A stretch of 64,000 bases of DNA from Paraspadella gotoi. Taxonomy: Eukaryota; Animalia; Chaetognatha. Position numbers and translations under genes: made by a program. The stretch lies in NCBI GenBank assembly GCA_051294375.1, contig CM119271.1, positions 5,755,991-5,819,990 on the forward strand, written 5' to 3'. Below the pieces are notes generated by a model. The model did not search any database. It was not told the origin of the DNA and saw nothing but the letters and a program-made list of their open reading frames with translations. Of the stretch, positions 12,015-27,179 are shown piece by piece (position 1 is the stretch's first letter; each line of letters opens with the position of its first letter).

Positions 12015-15000
12015 TAAGAAAGGACACCCGCAGATTCCATGATATTTGTGGACGTCATAAGCCGATTCTGTTTTTGTCGACCCAGGAGATCGTCGACTGG
12101 CAGTAGAGCATGTCACCAAAGTGGCAGACTGAAACTGACAGGTAAACGTGGCAGATAATCGAGAGCATGCAAGCAGGCAATAAGGCGGGAGACGGATGGA
12201 GACTTTTATCATAGGTTTATCAGAAGATAACATTATTACAGAACTAACGACGGTTTTTAGTGTGATAAGTGACAAGAATAAAACGGCAAACAAATCGGAG
12301 ATATTCCCCCTCTATCTCTCTCTTCAGCTCAAGGCTTGTAAGATATTCCCTCTGCCTTTTTCTTTCTCTCTCTCTTTCTCTCTCCTCTCTCTCTTTCCTC
12401 ACTCCACACCTCCCGTCACAAGGCTTGACCATCCAGAGTGACGAATAGTCCCGGTTCGGTGGGAATCCGGTAATTAAGTTCCGAGCCGATTACTGAGGAG
12501 ACCGGGAGAACCCGGTCAAAGAGAATCGAATAGCATCAATCATTCTCGTTTATGCCGCTCTGGTTGGTACGCGGCATTGAGAGTAAACATTAACAAAAAT
12601 AATGGTTTTCTATTGTATGTTGCGTAAAGTATTTTAGCGCTCAGAGTTTTGAAACTTTAAACTGCAACGTAAAAGAATAAACTTTCGATAACGTTTAACT
12701 CTCTGCTTTACCGCAAGAATGGGAAATTGGTAGCGGGAGTGGTTTTTTTTCTAAATTACCCATCAAAAAGTAGGACATATCCGAACCTCATCGTTTTTTG
12801 GATCCTGAATAATTATGGTCCTTTGAGGGAAATTTCCAAAAAATTATTTCGGCATTTATTGGAAAGTTTGTTCTTTTTAACGAGTTTTTTATGCTCCTCC
12901 AAGGAGAAAAAAAAAATTATGAAAGGTTTTATTTTTTGTTTGTTTATTTTTTTTTGTTTGTATGTTCATACGGTGGGCTGCTTGTAGCCAGAACTTCCTC
13001 TTGTCTTTTCGAAAAGTTCGGATTTTTCTCTAAAAAAAAAATTTTTTTTTTTTTTTTTTTACTCAACGCGACTTTTTTTGCGGCCATTTTTTTTCCCAGA
13101 CGCCGAATTTTTTATCTTAAATTTAAATTAAGTTATTTTTTAATTCATCAAATTGTATATAAAGTCAGTGTTAAGGATTACTTAGTGATTAAGGTTAGGG
13201 CTTGGTTTAAGTTAAGGAATTACGGTTAGGGACTAATATTCAGGTTATGTATTAAGGATAAGCATTTAAGGTTAGGGTTTTAAAATTAGGTAAAGGTTCG
13301 GGATTACGGTTAGCTATCAAAGTCTAATCAGTTTAAAAATATATTTAGGTTATATAAAGTTAGAATAAAATTCTGGGAAAAAAACGAACAAAAAGGGGCA
13401 GAGGGAAAAGAGGAGCCTTTTCTTCTTTGTCCTTTTTTTCGTCTTTTTTCACCAGTGATTTTTTTTTGCCCAGAATCGCTTTCTTCCCTGCGAAAAACGG
13501 AAGCGGAAAGAATCGTTGTGTTGTTTGTATTTCGGGAATGTTGTTGTTGTTGATGTTTTTGTTGATGTTGATGTTGCCGTGAATTTAACTTTTTTTTAAC
13601 AAATTTTCCCTTTTCTTGAATCCCAAAATCCAATGTAACGTAATTTTTTATGTAACAAAACTGTTATCGAAACTTTTTGTATCTAGAGACAAAGCGCACC
13701 GAGTCGAAGCCTCGAACCCATAACCGCAGCCAACGGAAAAGACCCTACGACAGCGACCAAAATAAGAAAAAAGGCGGACTGAGCATCTTTCGCTTCGACC
13801 AATCCGGATGAGATGTACCAAACTTTGCGGGGAAAAAAAGGTAAGAAAATTTCTCAGGTTCTTCTATTTTTCCCTATGTACCAGAAAACCAGATTGAGCG
13901 AACCCAATGGGATCTGCTACGATAATTAAGCGGTAAGCATCTAATCGGATGATAATTTATGATAATTACACAATCTTTTTTATCTGATACAATATGCCAT
14001 TAATTTTTATAAATAATAGTTTTTTTAAACTTAATTTCCTCCCATCCCAAAGAAAAAAACGAGCAAAATAATTAATAGGAATGACGCTGATTTTTTTTAA
14101 AATCATTTCCACTTGGACGGATTACTATCGAAAATTCTTTACTTACATATTCATACATTTGTTTCAAAGTCAATTCGCCTATTTAAGCTAATAGGGTGAC
14201 TGACAATACGACTGTCAGACTACAGACAATACAGACAGACTGATAGGACAAGACATTTTATTTTTTTCTGCATAAGTATCATAATTCGATAATCTGACAT
14301 GATCTAAATTATTTCCGAACAAGATTTTTTGGGTGGGACCGACGGACCGACAAAGTGGAATTATAGAGCCGGAATCTGCCCTGTAAACAGAACGATAAAA
14401 TAAAAGTTAATAAACAAAATAGGTAACCTTCCTTCAAGACAAATCTGGTCAAAAAATTTAAAATCTAGAGAGAATAAAGAGTTGAAAATCGTAATGGGGA
14501 TTCCTCGGAAGTATATTGAAGAATATTAGTAATAGTAAAAAAATAATAATTAGGAGAGAAAACAATTTTGATCTGTTTTGGCAACGAATAGTATTAGTAG
14601 TTTTCAGCAAAGACATTTTCGACTCTGCAGTTTTAGAGTCCTTCATCAGAGTCGAAACATGTCTGCTGTAAACTACTAATACCAATTCCGTTTGCCAAGA
14701 CCAAATTACATTGTTTTTCTCGCTAATTACTTAAAAAACAACAAAATCGAAATGTCTTTACACAAAGAATAATAATATAATGAATATTATAAATTTATTA
14801 GGCCTTGCGACGAAGAGCCCCGATAGGGTAATTTGAAGACAAAACTTTCCCACAAACATAAACAAACGAAGCTACAAAAGTTGTCCATCCATGACGAAAA
14901 GGAACGAGATGATGCCAGGGTCATCCTGTCACCCGTCTTCACCTTAGCTTAATCTGAGCTCAACCGGGGTTTAATTCCTATTCCGCCTAAAAAATCGACA

Positions 15001-18000
15001 TTGGCCGCGCCCCTTCCGTCAAATGACACTCCGCATCGGAGGCCGTGTAGGGTAACGAGACGACGACCAACAACGACAACGACGACGACCAAGACAACGG
15101 CGGTGAATTCGCGTTTTTTGCGGTTTTTTGAGAGTCACTCTATTTTGATCGAACACAAAAAGGCGCCGATGACAAGACGTATCACTCGAAAAATCGTAAA
15201 GGCGATGAGAGAAATAAAAAAGGCTTAAAGGTAAATTATTATAAAACAAAAGAATGGTTAAAAAAGAAAATATGGAAAATAAACAAGAGTTAAACTGACA
15301 AAAGAAAGAAAATATAAAAGGGGGAAAAAAAGAAACAAAAAAACATAAGCGGGGATAAAGAGGAAAAAGAGATACAGAAGCCAGAAAAAGATCGAGAAAG
15401 GGAGCGGCGACGGCCTGCAGTGGTTTTCCACCTTTGCAGAATTGAAAAATTGAAAACTTGTGTTTTCCAGCCATAGCATCTTGCGCCGAGCGAAAAGCAA
15501 GCGAAAGGGAGTGGAAAAATATTTATATATATTATATAACGAAGCAAACTGAGAAATAAACTATAATAATTGCACGATACAAATAACCAACCTCTTAAAC
15601 TTTTTAGCAGAATGAAGCCTTTAATTCTAAATGGGGTTATGGCCTTGCGAAAATTAAAAAGTTTATCTTCTAAACGTTGAGTTAAAGTAAAACGAATTTT
15701 TTTTTTTCTTTTGAGGATATCCGATTTGCGCCTAAAAAACATGCAATGGTTGGGGCGTTATAAGTTATATAACAGGTTTGATATGTCTTAGTTAACTTTT
15801 CTTTCATGCTAATTATGTCCTCTGACAAACATAACAGACAGGAATATAACAGCTGCAATTATGACTGGGCAAGTGGACATGAGCAATCTATGGGAAAGAA
15901 TTTCCTAATTAATTAAATAATTTAGAATCATTAAATTAGTTCCGTTTTTAGTTCGTTGAAATTTGCCGTTTAGAAATATATTATTTTCGAAATAGTGAAA
16001 AAAATTGTTTAATTAAGCCGTTAAGACAAAATGATTAGATTTTCGTTCCTTTGCGTTCGTTAATTAATTGGTTAATTATTAAAAATTAAATGATTAAATA
16101 TTAAAAACAAACCAATTAATAAATAATAAATATTAAATGAATAAAAAAATCAAGAAACGGGTACGTGCTTGAAATTAATGACTGGGCAATAGAGCAACTA
16201 AGGCAAAAGCATTTTAAATAGATGTTCGATTAATTAATTAATCAATAAGAAGCCAAGGAACGGATACAGCGTCAATCACTTTTCAAGTAACTATGTTTAC
16301 GCGAAAATTTCAACGAACTAAAAAGACTAACAAACCAAAATAAACGGACGAAAGAGACGGGCCACGCAATTCTGTCCGATTTCGTTTTAGCGAGTTTCAA
16401 AAATTAAAAAAAAAAACCTTTTTCGAATTTTAACAAATCAAATTAATATCGTAATAGCGTGATCTCTTGAGTTTTAGTTTATTTTGAGTGGGATGAGAAT
16501 GTTGCGATTAATCTCTTCAACTCTAACGTTTTTCTCGCCCACGTATAAAGGCGATTATTCGCATTTAATGTTGACTCATTAATTTACGATATTCAAAGAA
16601 AATGTACGTAAACCTCAAATATTATCTTTTTTTTTCGTTTTAATTTGAAAAAATTAAAAAAACTAGAGCGTGAGGGAGAATAATTAATAATTTAAATTGC
16701 TTTGGACTGGATTTAAAACTCAGAGTCTGAAAAATTAAATCAAATCCACCAGCAAAGTCTGACGTTAATCGAAACTTCACTGAATCGGAAACATGTCTAT
16801 CAGAGTTACACGAGGCGATGCCTGAACGTTGTCCTAAAATTGCGTACAACGCTGGCGCGAAGCGCGCGAAGCACACAACGGGGGAATTTTGATTCAAAGT
16901 TTTGCGAAATACGGAGGTGTTTTACGAAGCAGGTTAATCCGATATTCGAATTTTGAGGTCTCGTTTTAACGAAACTTCTCAGCATTTCCAACGTACATGC
17001 ATTCGTTGGGGGACGGAAAGTTCTTTACGTTTTATTTACAAAATGCGTAAGGGAAATTTTCTAAAATTCATACGTGAATATAAATTCTGAACAATTAGAA
17101 TTCAAAATATATAATTTTTAATGACATCTTTAGGAAAAAATTATCTTTCGTGTCTATGTTTTAATTTTCTACGCAATTTTCACCTACGCTCTAGTTTACG
17201 TTGGAGTCGATTTCAAATTCACCCAGGTCTTGGTCGATCACAGCGTCGGTTTTTATGGATTTCCTCTTTCGGCGACTTTTCGAGAATTTCTTTTGGGGGG
17301 ATTTTTTTTCACTTTTTTTGTTTTCTTTATCCTTTTATCTCGATTTTTCGTCGAAAGAATTCAGTGGCGATCTTTTTTTTTTTTTTCCTTTGAGTTTTCG
17401 GGAAAACCTGATCTCTCCTCGTTCGGAAGAGGAAACAGCTGATTTTTGAAGCAAGAGAGATTTTTAAAACGGGGAAAGATTTGGTGTGTGTGTGGTGTGT
17501 GTTGTGTTTAAAACCGAAGAAGACTGCTGTTGCTGTTCATGGTCCGAAGCAGTGACTACAGCCGCGGCCGACCGGGTTTTCGTGAATGGCGTAACACAGT
17601 TTTTCGCCGACGAAGTGAAAAATGTTCGCTCTCTCTCTGTTTAAAATCCGCGTCGATCCTCGTGATCGATCGTAAACAAAAGGGAAAACAAAAAAGTAAA
17701 CAAGAGAAGAGACGAATTCCAAAAAAGGGAGAGAGAGAGAGAGTGAAAGAGAGAGATAAAGAAGAGATATGCGAGGAATGTTTAGTTTGATGTTTTGCGT
17801 TTTTTAGGATTGCAAAGAACCAAATTTGAAAATAGAAATAACGTGGCGTATGAAGGATTTTCTGTGACGTGATTCGTCGGAATGTTTATACTTACATATA
17901 CTGAACAGAGAGAGAGAGAGAGCAGAGAGAGAGAGAGAGAGAGAGAGCTCAAAGATTCTGAAATGGTTAAAATTCATAGGACTGTATACAGGGTATATCG

Positions 18001-18244
18001 GCCATACGTCATATACATCCGCTTTGCATTCTCTTGCGTGGACTACATTTGAATACATTTTTTAAACTCTCTAAAAAAAAAAATAATCTTTTTGTCTCTC
18101 AGAGCAAAAGTTTTTTCTATATTTTAATTAGGTGGAACATCGCGGGACTCGTTAAACGAAATGGGCAAAACAACTTTGGATACATTAAGCGAACGAATGA
18201 GAAACCAGTTTGAATAGAAAAAAAAGAGAAAACGTGAAATGCGC

Positions 18245-18307
<63 letters not shown>

Positions 18308-19157
18308 AGAGAGGAGAGAGAGAGGAGGGATGATTAAATATCGAAAAAAAAACGCTACCATTAGCATCTTCATGAGCAAATTACGAGCCAAATTAGCCTT
18401 CGATTCCTCAGGAGCTCCGAACAACGCCGTCAATGTTTCCCTTTTTGGCAGAGAAAAAATTCCGAAGCGTAGCGTATGTCACATCATAAAGTTTATCGTA
18501 CAAAGATCCAGACTTTAGAACTAAATCTCATATTTACATAAAATCGAAAAAAAATGTATTTTAATAATGTAACAAAGAGCAATCTTGCATTTCCTTCTTG
18601 AAATTGCAGGGTTCTGATATGTTATCTTGTAAGTGTTATGGAGGCGCTTAAACATATAGCTTAATATCAATAAATAAATGTATAATCTTTTATTGGTGTA
18701 TATAATTTCATTATAATAACTTTCGGTCTATCGCTCCGGATTCGACTGTTCTAAATTCCATGATCCTCAGATGGAATCTAAATTGATTGAATTGAATTGA
18801 AAATGAATTGAATTGAATTGAAAACTTCTTGGTTTCTACTCTAACTTAAGGACAAATTTATTGTCCGAGTGTAATAACAATTTTTAAAAGGAGAATTAAT
18901 TTAAATGAAAGTTTATGCGAGCTTGATTATTAAAATTATTCGTGAATAAAATTTCCCAGTTCCCTGCAGACTCCAAATTTCGAAGCCCCGACCCCACTGT
19001 CAGCCTCGAGTCCTAACTACTCAGTCCAGTCTCTATTCCTGTTCCAAGTCCAACTCCGGATTACAAGAACAAAGCCCAGGTTCGCGTCCCGATCAAACCG
19101 AGTCACAATCCCAGGCCATGGTTCCATTCTCTTTTTCTTCCGTGTCCTCAACCTCAG
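9992..19157 (+). repeat. 9.2-kb block, copy 2 (apparently identical to copy 1 after the first ~380 bp)
   Basis: Same ORFs, same microsatellite lengths and same terminal base before a 25-N gap. Confidence 0.97.
14547..14729. mobile_element. Same palindromic hammerhead element, copy 2
   Basis: Identical to 5356-5538 at offset 9191. Confidence 0.6.
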
Positions 19158-19182
19158 NNNNNNNNNNNNNNNNNNNNNNNNN
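19158..19182. other. Assembly gap (25 N)
   Basis: N run between duplicate copies 2 and 3. Confidence 0.99.
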
Positions 19183-20419
19183 CTCTTTTTATTATTTCAC
19201 TGAATTTTTAGTTAGAGTAAGCGTTTCATAGATTTTCACAACACCGAAGAGAGATCCGCTGATAATTTTTTTTAAATTAATATATTTTAGTGTTTTTTTA
19301 AATCTAACTATATATTACTATATATTAATCTTTTCTTTTTTTTCTTTTTTTTTCCTTCGTCCCCCTCACACATTTTTGGTCCTTTTTTTCTATATTTTTT
19401 TATTCTTTTCTTTTTGGTTCTGTGTTTCACTTGCTTTCTCTCGCTTTCTTTCTCTCCCACATTGACTCTCCCAATCATAGCTCCTATATTTATTCATTTT
19501 TCTTTCTTTCCTATATTCTTTTATCGCACTCTGTCTCTCTCTCCCTCTCTCTACCGCTTTCTCTCCACTTCTTCCGACGATTCCCCGCCTCCGATCGACT
19601 CCTCCTTCGTTTCCTCCTCTTCCTCCTCCTCTTCCTCCTCCTTTCTCTTCCCCCTTTTCTTCCCTCTCTCCTTTTTTATTCCACTTTTCATTTTTTTACT
19701 TTTTTCTCTCTCTCTCTCACCTCACCTCACCTCACTTCCTCTTACAAACCCACTTTTCTCACCCTCGTTCAAACCGATTTCTTCCCCTCCCTACTCATCT
19801 CAGAAAATGTACCCTATTCCCACTCACCGACCCATCCCTACCATCTCTTCCCCCTTCTTTCTTCCTCCTCTTCCTCCTCCATTGTTCCCCAGACGCCGTC
19901 GCGTCGACCAGTTTTCCTTTTGAAGTCCGATGATGTCACAAAAATGAATCGAAAGAAAAGAAGTGGGTTTAGAGCAGAAAAGGTGGGGAGATGAAGAGGC
20001 GGGCAAAAGGAGGAGGAGGAGGAAGAGGTGGAGAAAGAAGAGAAGGCGGATCGGATCTTAATTTTCTTTTCTTTTTTTTTTAAATTCTGTGATACTTCAC
20101 AGTTCACACGAGCGCTCCTGATTTTAAAGTCTGTTAAAATTTGTAATCGGGGTGATTTTGTCAGAATTTGATCCAAGTCTATTAAAATTTAATTGAGCGG
20201 TTTTTCCTAAATTTAATTCACAAATGTAATATGTAAATGTAATTATAATAAGGAATAAGGATGCTAGATCAAGGAGAAACAGAGTAGTAAGTGAGGCCGA
20301 AACAAAAAAGAAAGGTCGAGGTATAATAGGGTGAGGAATCTGAGGATCCCCCATGCAAAAAAAAAGGCGAAGAAAAAATTTAATTTCTCATGGAAGGAAA
20401 CGAAAAAAAATTATGTGAA

Positions 20420-20450
<31 letters not shown>

Positions 20451-20479
20451 AAGTAGAACACAAGAATAAGTAGAAAGAG

Positions 20480-20557
<78 letters not shown>

Positions 20558-21150
20558 TAAAAGGACACCCGCGAAGATTCCATGAAAATATTTGTGGACG
20601 TCATAAGCCGATTTTCTGTTTTTGGTCGACCCAGGAGATCGTCGACTGGCAGTAGAGATGTCAGCAAAGTGGCACTGAAACTGACAGTAAAGTGGCAGAC
20701 AATCGAGAGCAATTGCAAGCAGGCAATAAGAGAGAGAGATTACTTAATTTTCTTTTTTTTTTAAATTCTGTGATACTCACAGTTCACACGAGCCGCTCCT
20801 GATTTTAAAGTCTGTTAAAATTTGTAATCGGGGGTGATTTTTGTAAGAATTTGAATCCAAGTCTATTAAAATTAATTGAGCGATTTTACCGTAAATATTA
20901 ATTCAAAATGTAATATGTAAATGTAATTATAATAAGGAATAAGGATGCTAAGATCAAGGAGAAACAGAGTATGTAAGTGAGGCCGAACAAAAAAGAAAGG
21001 TCGAGGTATAATAGGGTAGGAAATCTCAAGAGTATCCCCCATTGCAACAAAAAAGGCGAAGATAAAAATTTAATTTCTCAGGCGAAGGAAACGAAAAAAA
21101 AAAATTTGTGAAAGAGGAGAGAGAGAGAGAGAAAGAGATAGACAAACAAA

Positions 21151-21236
<86 letters not shown>

Positions 21237-21668
21237 TAAAGGACACCCGCAGATTCCATGAATATTTGTGGACGTCATAAGCCGATTTCTGTTTTTGTCG
21301 ACCCAGGAGATCGTCGACTGGCAGTAGAGCATGTCATAAAGTGGCAGACTGAAACTGACAGGTAAAGTGGCAGACAATCGAGAGCAATTGCAAGCAGGCA
21401 TAAGGCGGGAGACGGATGGAGAATTTTATCGAGGTTATCAAAAGATAACATTATTACAGAACTAACGACGGTTTAGTGAAAGACGTAAAGGCAAACAAAT
21501 CGGAGATATTCCCCCCCTCTTCTCTCTCTTCAGCTCCTTCTCGTAAAAGGCTTGTAAGATATTCCCTCTGCTCTTTTTCTTTCTCTCTCTCTCCTTCTCT
21601 CTCCTCTCTCTCTCTCATCACCTCGCGTCACAAGGCTTGAGATATTCCTCTGCCAGTTTTTCTTTCTT

Positions 21669-21693
21669 NNNNNNNNNNNNNNNNNNNNNNNNN
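21669..21693. other. Assembly gap (25 N)
   Basis: N run. Confidence 0.99.
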
Positions 21694-23815
21694 CTCTCTC
21701 TCTCTCTCTCTCTCTCTTTCACTCACTCACACACACAAGGCTTGACCATCCCAGATGACGAATAGTCCGGTTCGGTGGGAATCCGGTAATTAAGTTCCGG
21801 CGATTACTGAGGAGACCGGGAGAACCCGGTCAAAGAGATCGAATAGCATCAATCATTCTCGTTTATCGCCGCTCTGTTGGTACGCGGCATTGAGAGTAAA
21901 TTAACAAAATAATGTTTTTCTACGTATGTAATCGTAAGTATTTTCAGCGCTCAGAGTTTTGAAACCTTTAAACTGCAACGTAAAAGATAAACTTTCGATA
22001 ACGTTTAACTCTCTCGCTTTACCGCAAGAATGGGAAATTGGTAGCGCGAGTGGTTTTTTCGAAATTACCCATCAAAAAGTAGGACATATCCGAACCCATC
22101 GTTTTTGTACCTGATAATTATGGTCCTTTGAGGAAAATTTCCCCCAAAAAATTATTTCGCATTATTGAAAGTTTGTTCTTTTTTAACGAGTTTTTATCGC
22201 TCTCCAAGGAGAAAAAAAAATTATGAAAGGTTTTATTTTTTGTTTGTTTATTTTTTTGTTTGTATGTTCATCCGGTGGGCTCTTGTAGCCAGAACTTCCT
22301 CTTGTCTCTTTCGAAAAGTTTCGGATTTTCTCTAAAAAAAAATTTACTCAACGCGACTTTTTTTGCGGCAATTTTTTTTCCCAGAACGCCCGATTTTATC
22401 TTAAATTTTAAATTAAGTTATTTTTTTAATTCATAAATTGTATGTAAAGTTAGTGTTAAGGATTAGATTAGTGATTAAGGTTAGGGGCTTCGTTAAGTTA
22501 AGGAATTAGGTTAGGGACTAATATTCAGGGTTAGTAATTAAGGATAAGCATTTAAGGTTAGGGTTTAAAATTAGGTAAAGGTTCGGGATTACGGTTAGCT
22601 ATCAGTCTATCAGTTTAAAAATATATTTAGGTTAAATATTAAAGTTAAAATAAAATTCTGGGAAAAAAACGAACAAAAAGGGGCAGAGGGAAAAGAGGAG
22701 CCTTTTCTTCTTGTTCTTTTTTTTTCGTCTTTTTTCACCAGTGATTTTTTTTTTTCTTTTTTTTTTTGCCCAGAATCGCTTCTTCCTGGCGAAAAACGGA
22801 AGCGGAAAGAATCGTTGGTCGTTGTTGTATCTTCGGGATGTTGTTGTTGTTGATGTTTTTGTTGATGTTGATGTTGCCGTGAATTTACTTTTTTTAACAA
22901 ATTTCCCTTTTCTTGAATCCCAAAACCCAATGTACGTAATTTATTTATTAAACAAAAACTTATCGAAAACTTTTTTGTATCTAGAGACAAAGCGCCCGAG
23001 TCAAGCCTCGAACCCATAACCCGCCAGCCACGGGAAAAGACCCTACGACAGCGACCAAAATAAGAAAAAAGGCGGGACGGAGCATCTGGCTTCGACTCAA
23101 TCACGGATGAGATGTACCAAACTTTGCGGGGAAAAAAAGGTAAGAAAATTCCCTCCGGTTCTTCTTATTTTTCCTATGTACCAGAAAACAGATTTGAGCG
23201 AACAATGCCGGATCTGCCTACGATAATTAAGCGGTAAGCATCTTATCGGATGATAATTTATGATAATACACAATCTTTTTATCTGATCAATATGCCATTA
23301 TATTTATAATAAATAGTTTTTTTAAACCTTAATTTCCTCCATCCCAAAGAAAAAAAAAGAGCAAAATATAATAGGATGACGTGATTTTTTTTAAAACTCA
23401 TTTCCACTTGGAGATTAATCGAAAATTCTTTACTTACATATTCATACATTGTTTCAAGTCAATCGCCTATTTAAAGCTAATAGGGGACTGACAGATACAG
23501 ACTGTCAGACTTACAACAAACAGACAGACTGAAGGACAGACATTTATTTTTTCTGCATAAGTTTCTATATTCGATAATCTGACATGATCTAAATTATTTA
23601 CCGACAAGATTTTTGGGGGGACCGACGGACCGACAAAGTGGATTATAGAGCCGGAATCTGCTGTAAACAGATCCGGATAAATAAAAATTAATAAACAAAT
23701 AGGTAAAAACTTTCCTTTCAAGACAAACTGGTCAAAAATTTAAAATCTAAGAGAGATAAAGAGTTGAAAATCTAATGGGGATTTCCTCGGGAAAAGTATA
23801 GAAGAAAAAGAATAA

Positions 23816-23988
23816 TAATTAGGAGAAAAACAATTTGATCTGTTTTGGCAACGAATAGTATTAGTAGTTTTCAGCAGACATGTTTCGACTCTGCAGTTTA
23901 GAGTCTTCATCAGAGTTGAAACATGTCTGCTGTAAACTACTAATACAATTCGTTGCCAAAACAAATTAAATTGTTTTTCTCCTAATTA
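23816..23988. mobile_element. Same palindromic hammerhead element, copy 3 (cleanest version)
   Basis: Near-perfect inverted arms around cagtttagagtcttcat. Confidence 0.65.
23877..23913 (-). ncRNA. Minimal hammerhead ribozyme core, Penelope-like-element type (stem I not intact)
   Basis: The minus strand reads CTGATGA-A-GACTCT-AAACTGC-AGAGTC-GAAA-CATG-TC. That is the CUGAUGA box, a 6-bp stem II, the GAAA box, a palindromic CAUG mini stem III and a GUC cleavage triplet. Confidence 0.7.
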
Positions 23989-26900
23989 CTAAAAACAACG
24001 AAATCGAAAGTCTTTACACAAAGAATAATAATATAATAATAATTATAATATTAGGCCTTGCGACGAAGAGCCCCGATAGGGTTAATTTGAAAGACAAAAC
24101 TTTTCCCCCAAACATAAACAAACGAAGCTACAAAGTTGTCCATCCAGACGAGAAAGGAACGAGAGTGATCCAGGGTCATCCTGTCACCCGGTCTTCACCT
24201 TAGCTTATCTGAGCTCAACCGCGGAGTTAAATTCTATCCCGCCCTAATCGACATTGGGCCGCGCCCCTTCCGTCAAATGACACTCCCGCATCGGAGCCGT
24301 TAGGGTAACGACGACGACGACAACGACGACAACGACGACGACCAAGACAACGGCGGTGATTCGCGGTTTTGCGGTTTTTTGAGAGTCACTCTGTTTGAAT
24401 CGAACAACAAAAAGGCGCCGATGACAACGACGTCCTCTCGAAAATCGTAAAGCGCGATGAAGAGAAATAAAAAAAGGCTTAAAGGTAAATTATTAAAAAC
24501 AAAAGAATGGTTAAAAAGAAAAAATATGAAAAATAACAAGAAGGTTAAACTGACAAAAGAAAGAAAAATAAAAGGGGGAAAAAAAAGAAACAAAAAAAAA
24601 CATAAGCGGGGATAAAGAGGAAAAAGAGATACAGAAGCCAGAAAAAGATCGAAAAGGGAGCGGCGACGGCCTCAGTGGTTTTCACCTTTGCAGAAATTGA
24701 AAAATTGAAAACTTGTGTTTCCAGCCAGCATCTTTGGCGCCGAGCGAAAGCAAGGAAAAGGGAGTGGAAAATATTTATATATATTATATACGAAGCAAAC
24801 TGAGAATAAACTATAATAATTGCACGATACAAATAACACCTCTTTAAACTTTTAGCAGAAGAAGCCTTTATTCTAAATGGGTTATGGCTTGCGAAAATTA
24901 AAAGTTTATCTTCTAACGTTGAGTTAAAAGTTAAAACGAATTTTTTTTTCTTTTGAGATATCCGATTTGCGCTCTAAAAACATGCAACGTTATAAGTTAT
25001 ATAACTCTTTAAGTTAACAGGTTTGATATTCTTAGTTAACTTTTCTTTCATGCTAATTATGTCCTCTGACAAACATAAACAGACAGGAATATAACAGCTT
25101 GAAATTATGACTGGGCAAGTGGGCATTGAGCAATCTATGGGAAAAAGAATTTCCAATTAATTAAATAATTAGATCATTAAATTAGTTCGTTTTTAGTTCG
25201 TTGAAGTTTGCCGTTTAGAAATATAGTTATTTCGAATAGTGAAAAAAATTGTTTAATTAAGCCGTTAAGACAAAAAATGATTTAGATTTCGTTCCTTTGC
25301 GTTTTCTTAATTAATTGGTTAAATTATTAAAAAATTAAATGATTAAATAATTAAAAAAACAAACAATTAAATAAATAAATAAATAATTAAATGATAAAAA
25401 AATCAAAGAAACGGGTACAGCTTGAAATTATGACTGGGCAATAGAGCAACCTAAGGCAAAAAGAATTTTTAATAGATGTTCGATTAATTAATTAATCAAT
25501 TAAGAAAAGCCAAGGAACGGATACAGCGTCAATCACTTTTCAAAGTAACTATGTTTAAGCGGAAAATTTCAACGAACTAAAAAGACTAACAAAGCCAAAA
25601 TAAAACGGACGAAAGCAGACGGGCCACGAATTCTGTCCCGATTTCGATTTTAGCGAGTTTCAAAAATTTAAAAAAAAACCTTTTTCGAATTTTAAATCAA
25701 TTAATCGTAATAGCGTGACTCTTTGAGTTTTAGTTTATTTTGAGTGGGATGAGGAAATGTTGCTGATTAATCTCTTCAACTCTACACGTTTTTTCTCGCC
25801 CACGATAAAAGGCGATTATCGCATTTAAATGTTAGACTCATTAATTATCGATATCAGAAAATGTACGTAAACCTCAAATATTATCTTTTTTTTTCGTTTT
25901 AATTTGAAAAAAATTAAAAACTGAGCGTGAGGGAAATAATTAATAATTTCAATTTGCTTTGGTGGATTTAAACCAGAGTCTGAAAAATTAAATCAAATCC
26001 ACCAGCAAAGTCTGACGTTAAATCGAAACTTCACTGAATCGGAAACATTCTACTCACGTAAAGTTACACGAGGCGATGCAATGACGTTGTCCTATTGCGT
26101 AACACGCTGCGCGAGCGCGCGAAGCACCACACGGGGGAATTTCGATCAAAGTTTGCGAATACGATGTTTAACGAAGCAGGTTAATCCGATTTTACGAATT
26201 TTGAGGTCTCGTTTTAACGAAACTTCTCACATTTCCACGTACATCATTCGTTGGGGACGGAAGTTCTTTACGTTTTATTTACAAAATCGTAGGGAAAATT
26301 TCTAAATTCATCGTGAATATAAATTCTGAACAATTAGAATTCAAAATATATATTTTTAATGACATCTTTATGGAAAAAATTATCTTTCGTGATCTATGTT
26401 TTAAATTTTCTACGCAATTTTCACTACGCTCTATCGTTTACGTTGGAGTCGATTTCAAAATTCACAGTCTGCGATCACAGCGATCGGTTTAGGATTTCCT
26501 CTTTCGGCGACTTTCGAGATTTCTTTTGGGGATTTTTTTCACTTTTGTTTTCTTTATTCCTTTTATCTCGATTTTTCGTCGAAAGAATTCAGTGCGATCT
26601 TTTTTTTTTTCCTTTGAGTTTTCGGGAAAACTGATCTCTCTCTTCGAGGAAGAGGAAAACAGCTGATTTTTGAGCAAGAGAGATTTAAAACGGGGGAAAG
26701 ATTTGTGTGTGTGTGTGTGTGTGTTTTAAAACCGGAACGAAGACTGCTGTTGCTGTTCATGTCGAAGCAGTGACTACAGCCGCGGCCGACCGGGTTTCGT
26801 GAATTGGCGTAACACAGTTTCGCCGACGAAGTGAAAAATGTTCGCTCCTCTCTCTGTTCTAAAATCCGCGTCGATCCTCGTGATCGATCGTAAACAAAAG

Positions 26901-27115
26901 GGAAAACAAAAAGTAAACAAGAGAAGAGACGATCCAAAAAAGGGAGAGAGAGAGAGAGTGAAAGAGAGAGATAAAGAGAGATATGCGAGGAATGTTAGTT
27001 TGATGTTTTGGCGTTTTTAGGATTGCAAGAACCAAATTTGAAATAGAAATAACGTGGCGTATGAAGGATTTTCTGTGACGTGATTCGTCGGAATGTTTAT
27101 ACTTACATATACATG

Positions 27116-27179
<64 letters not shown>

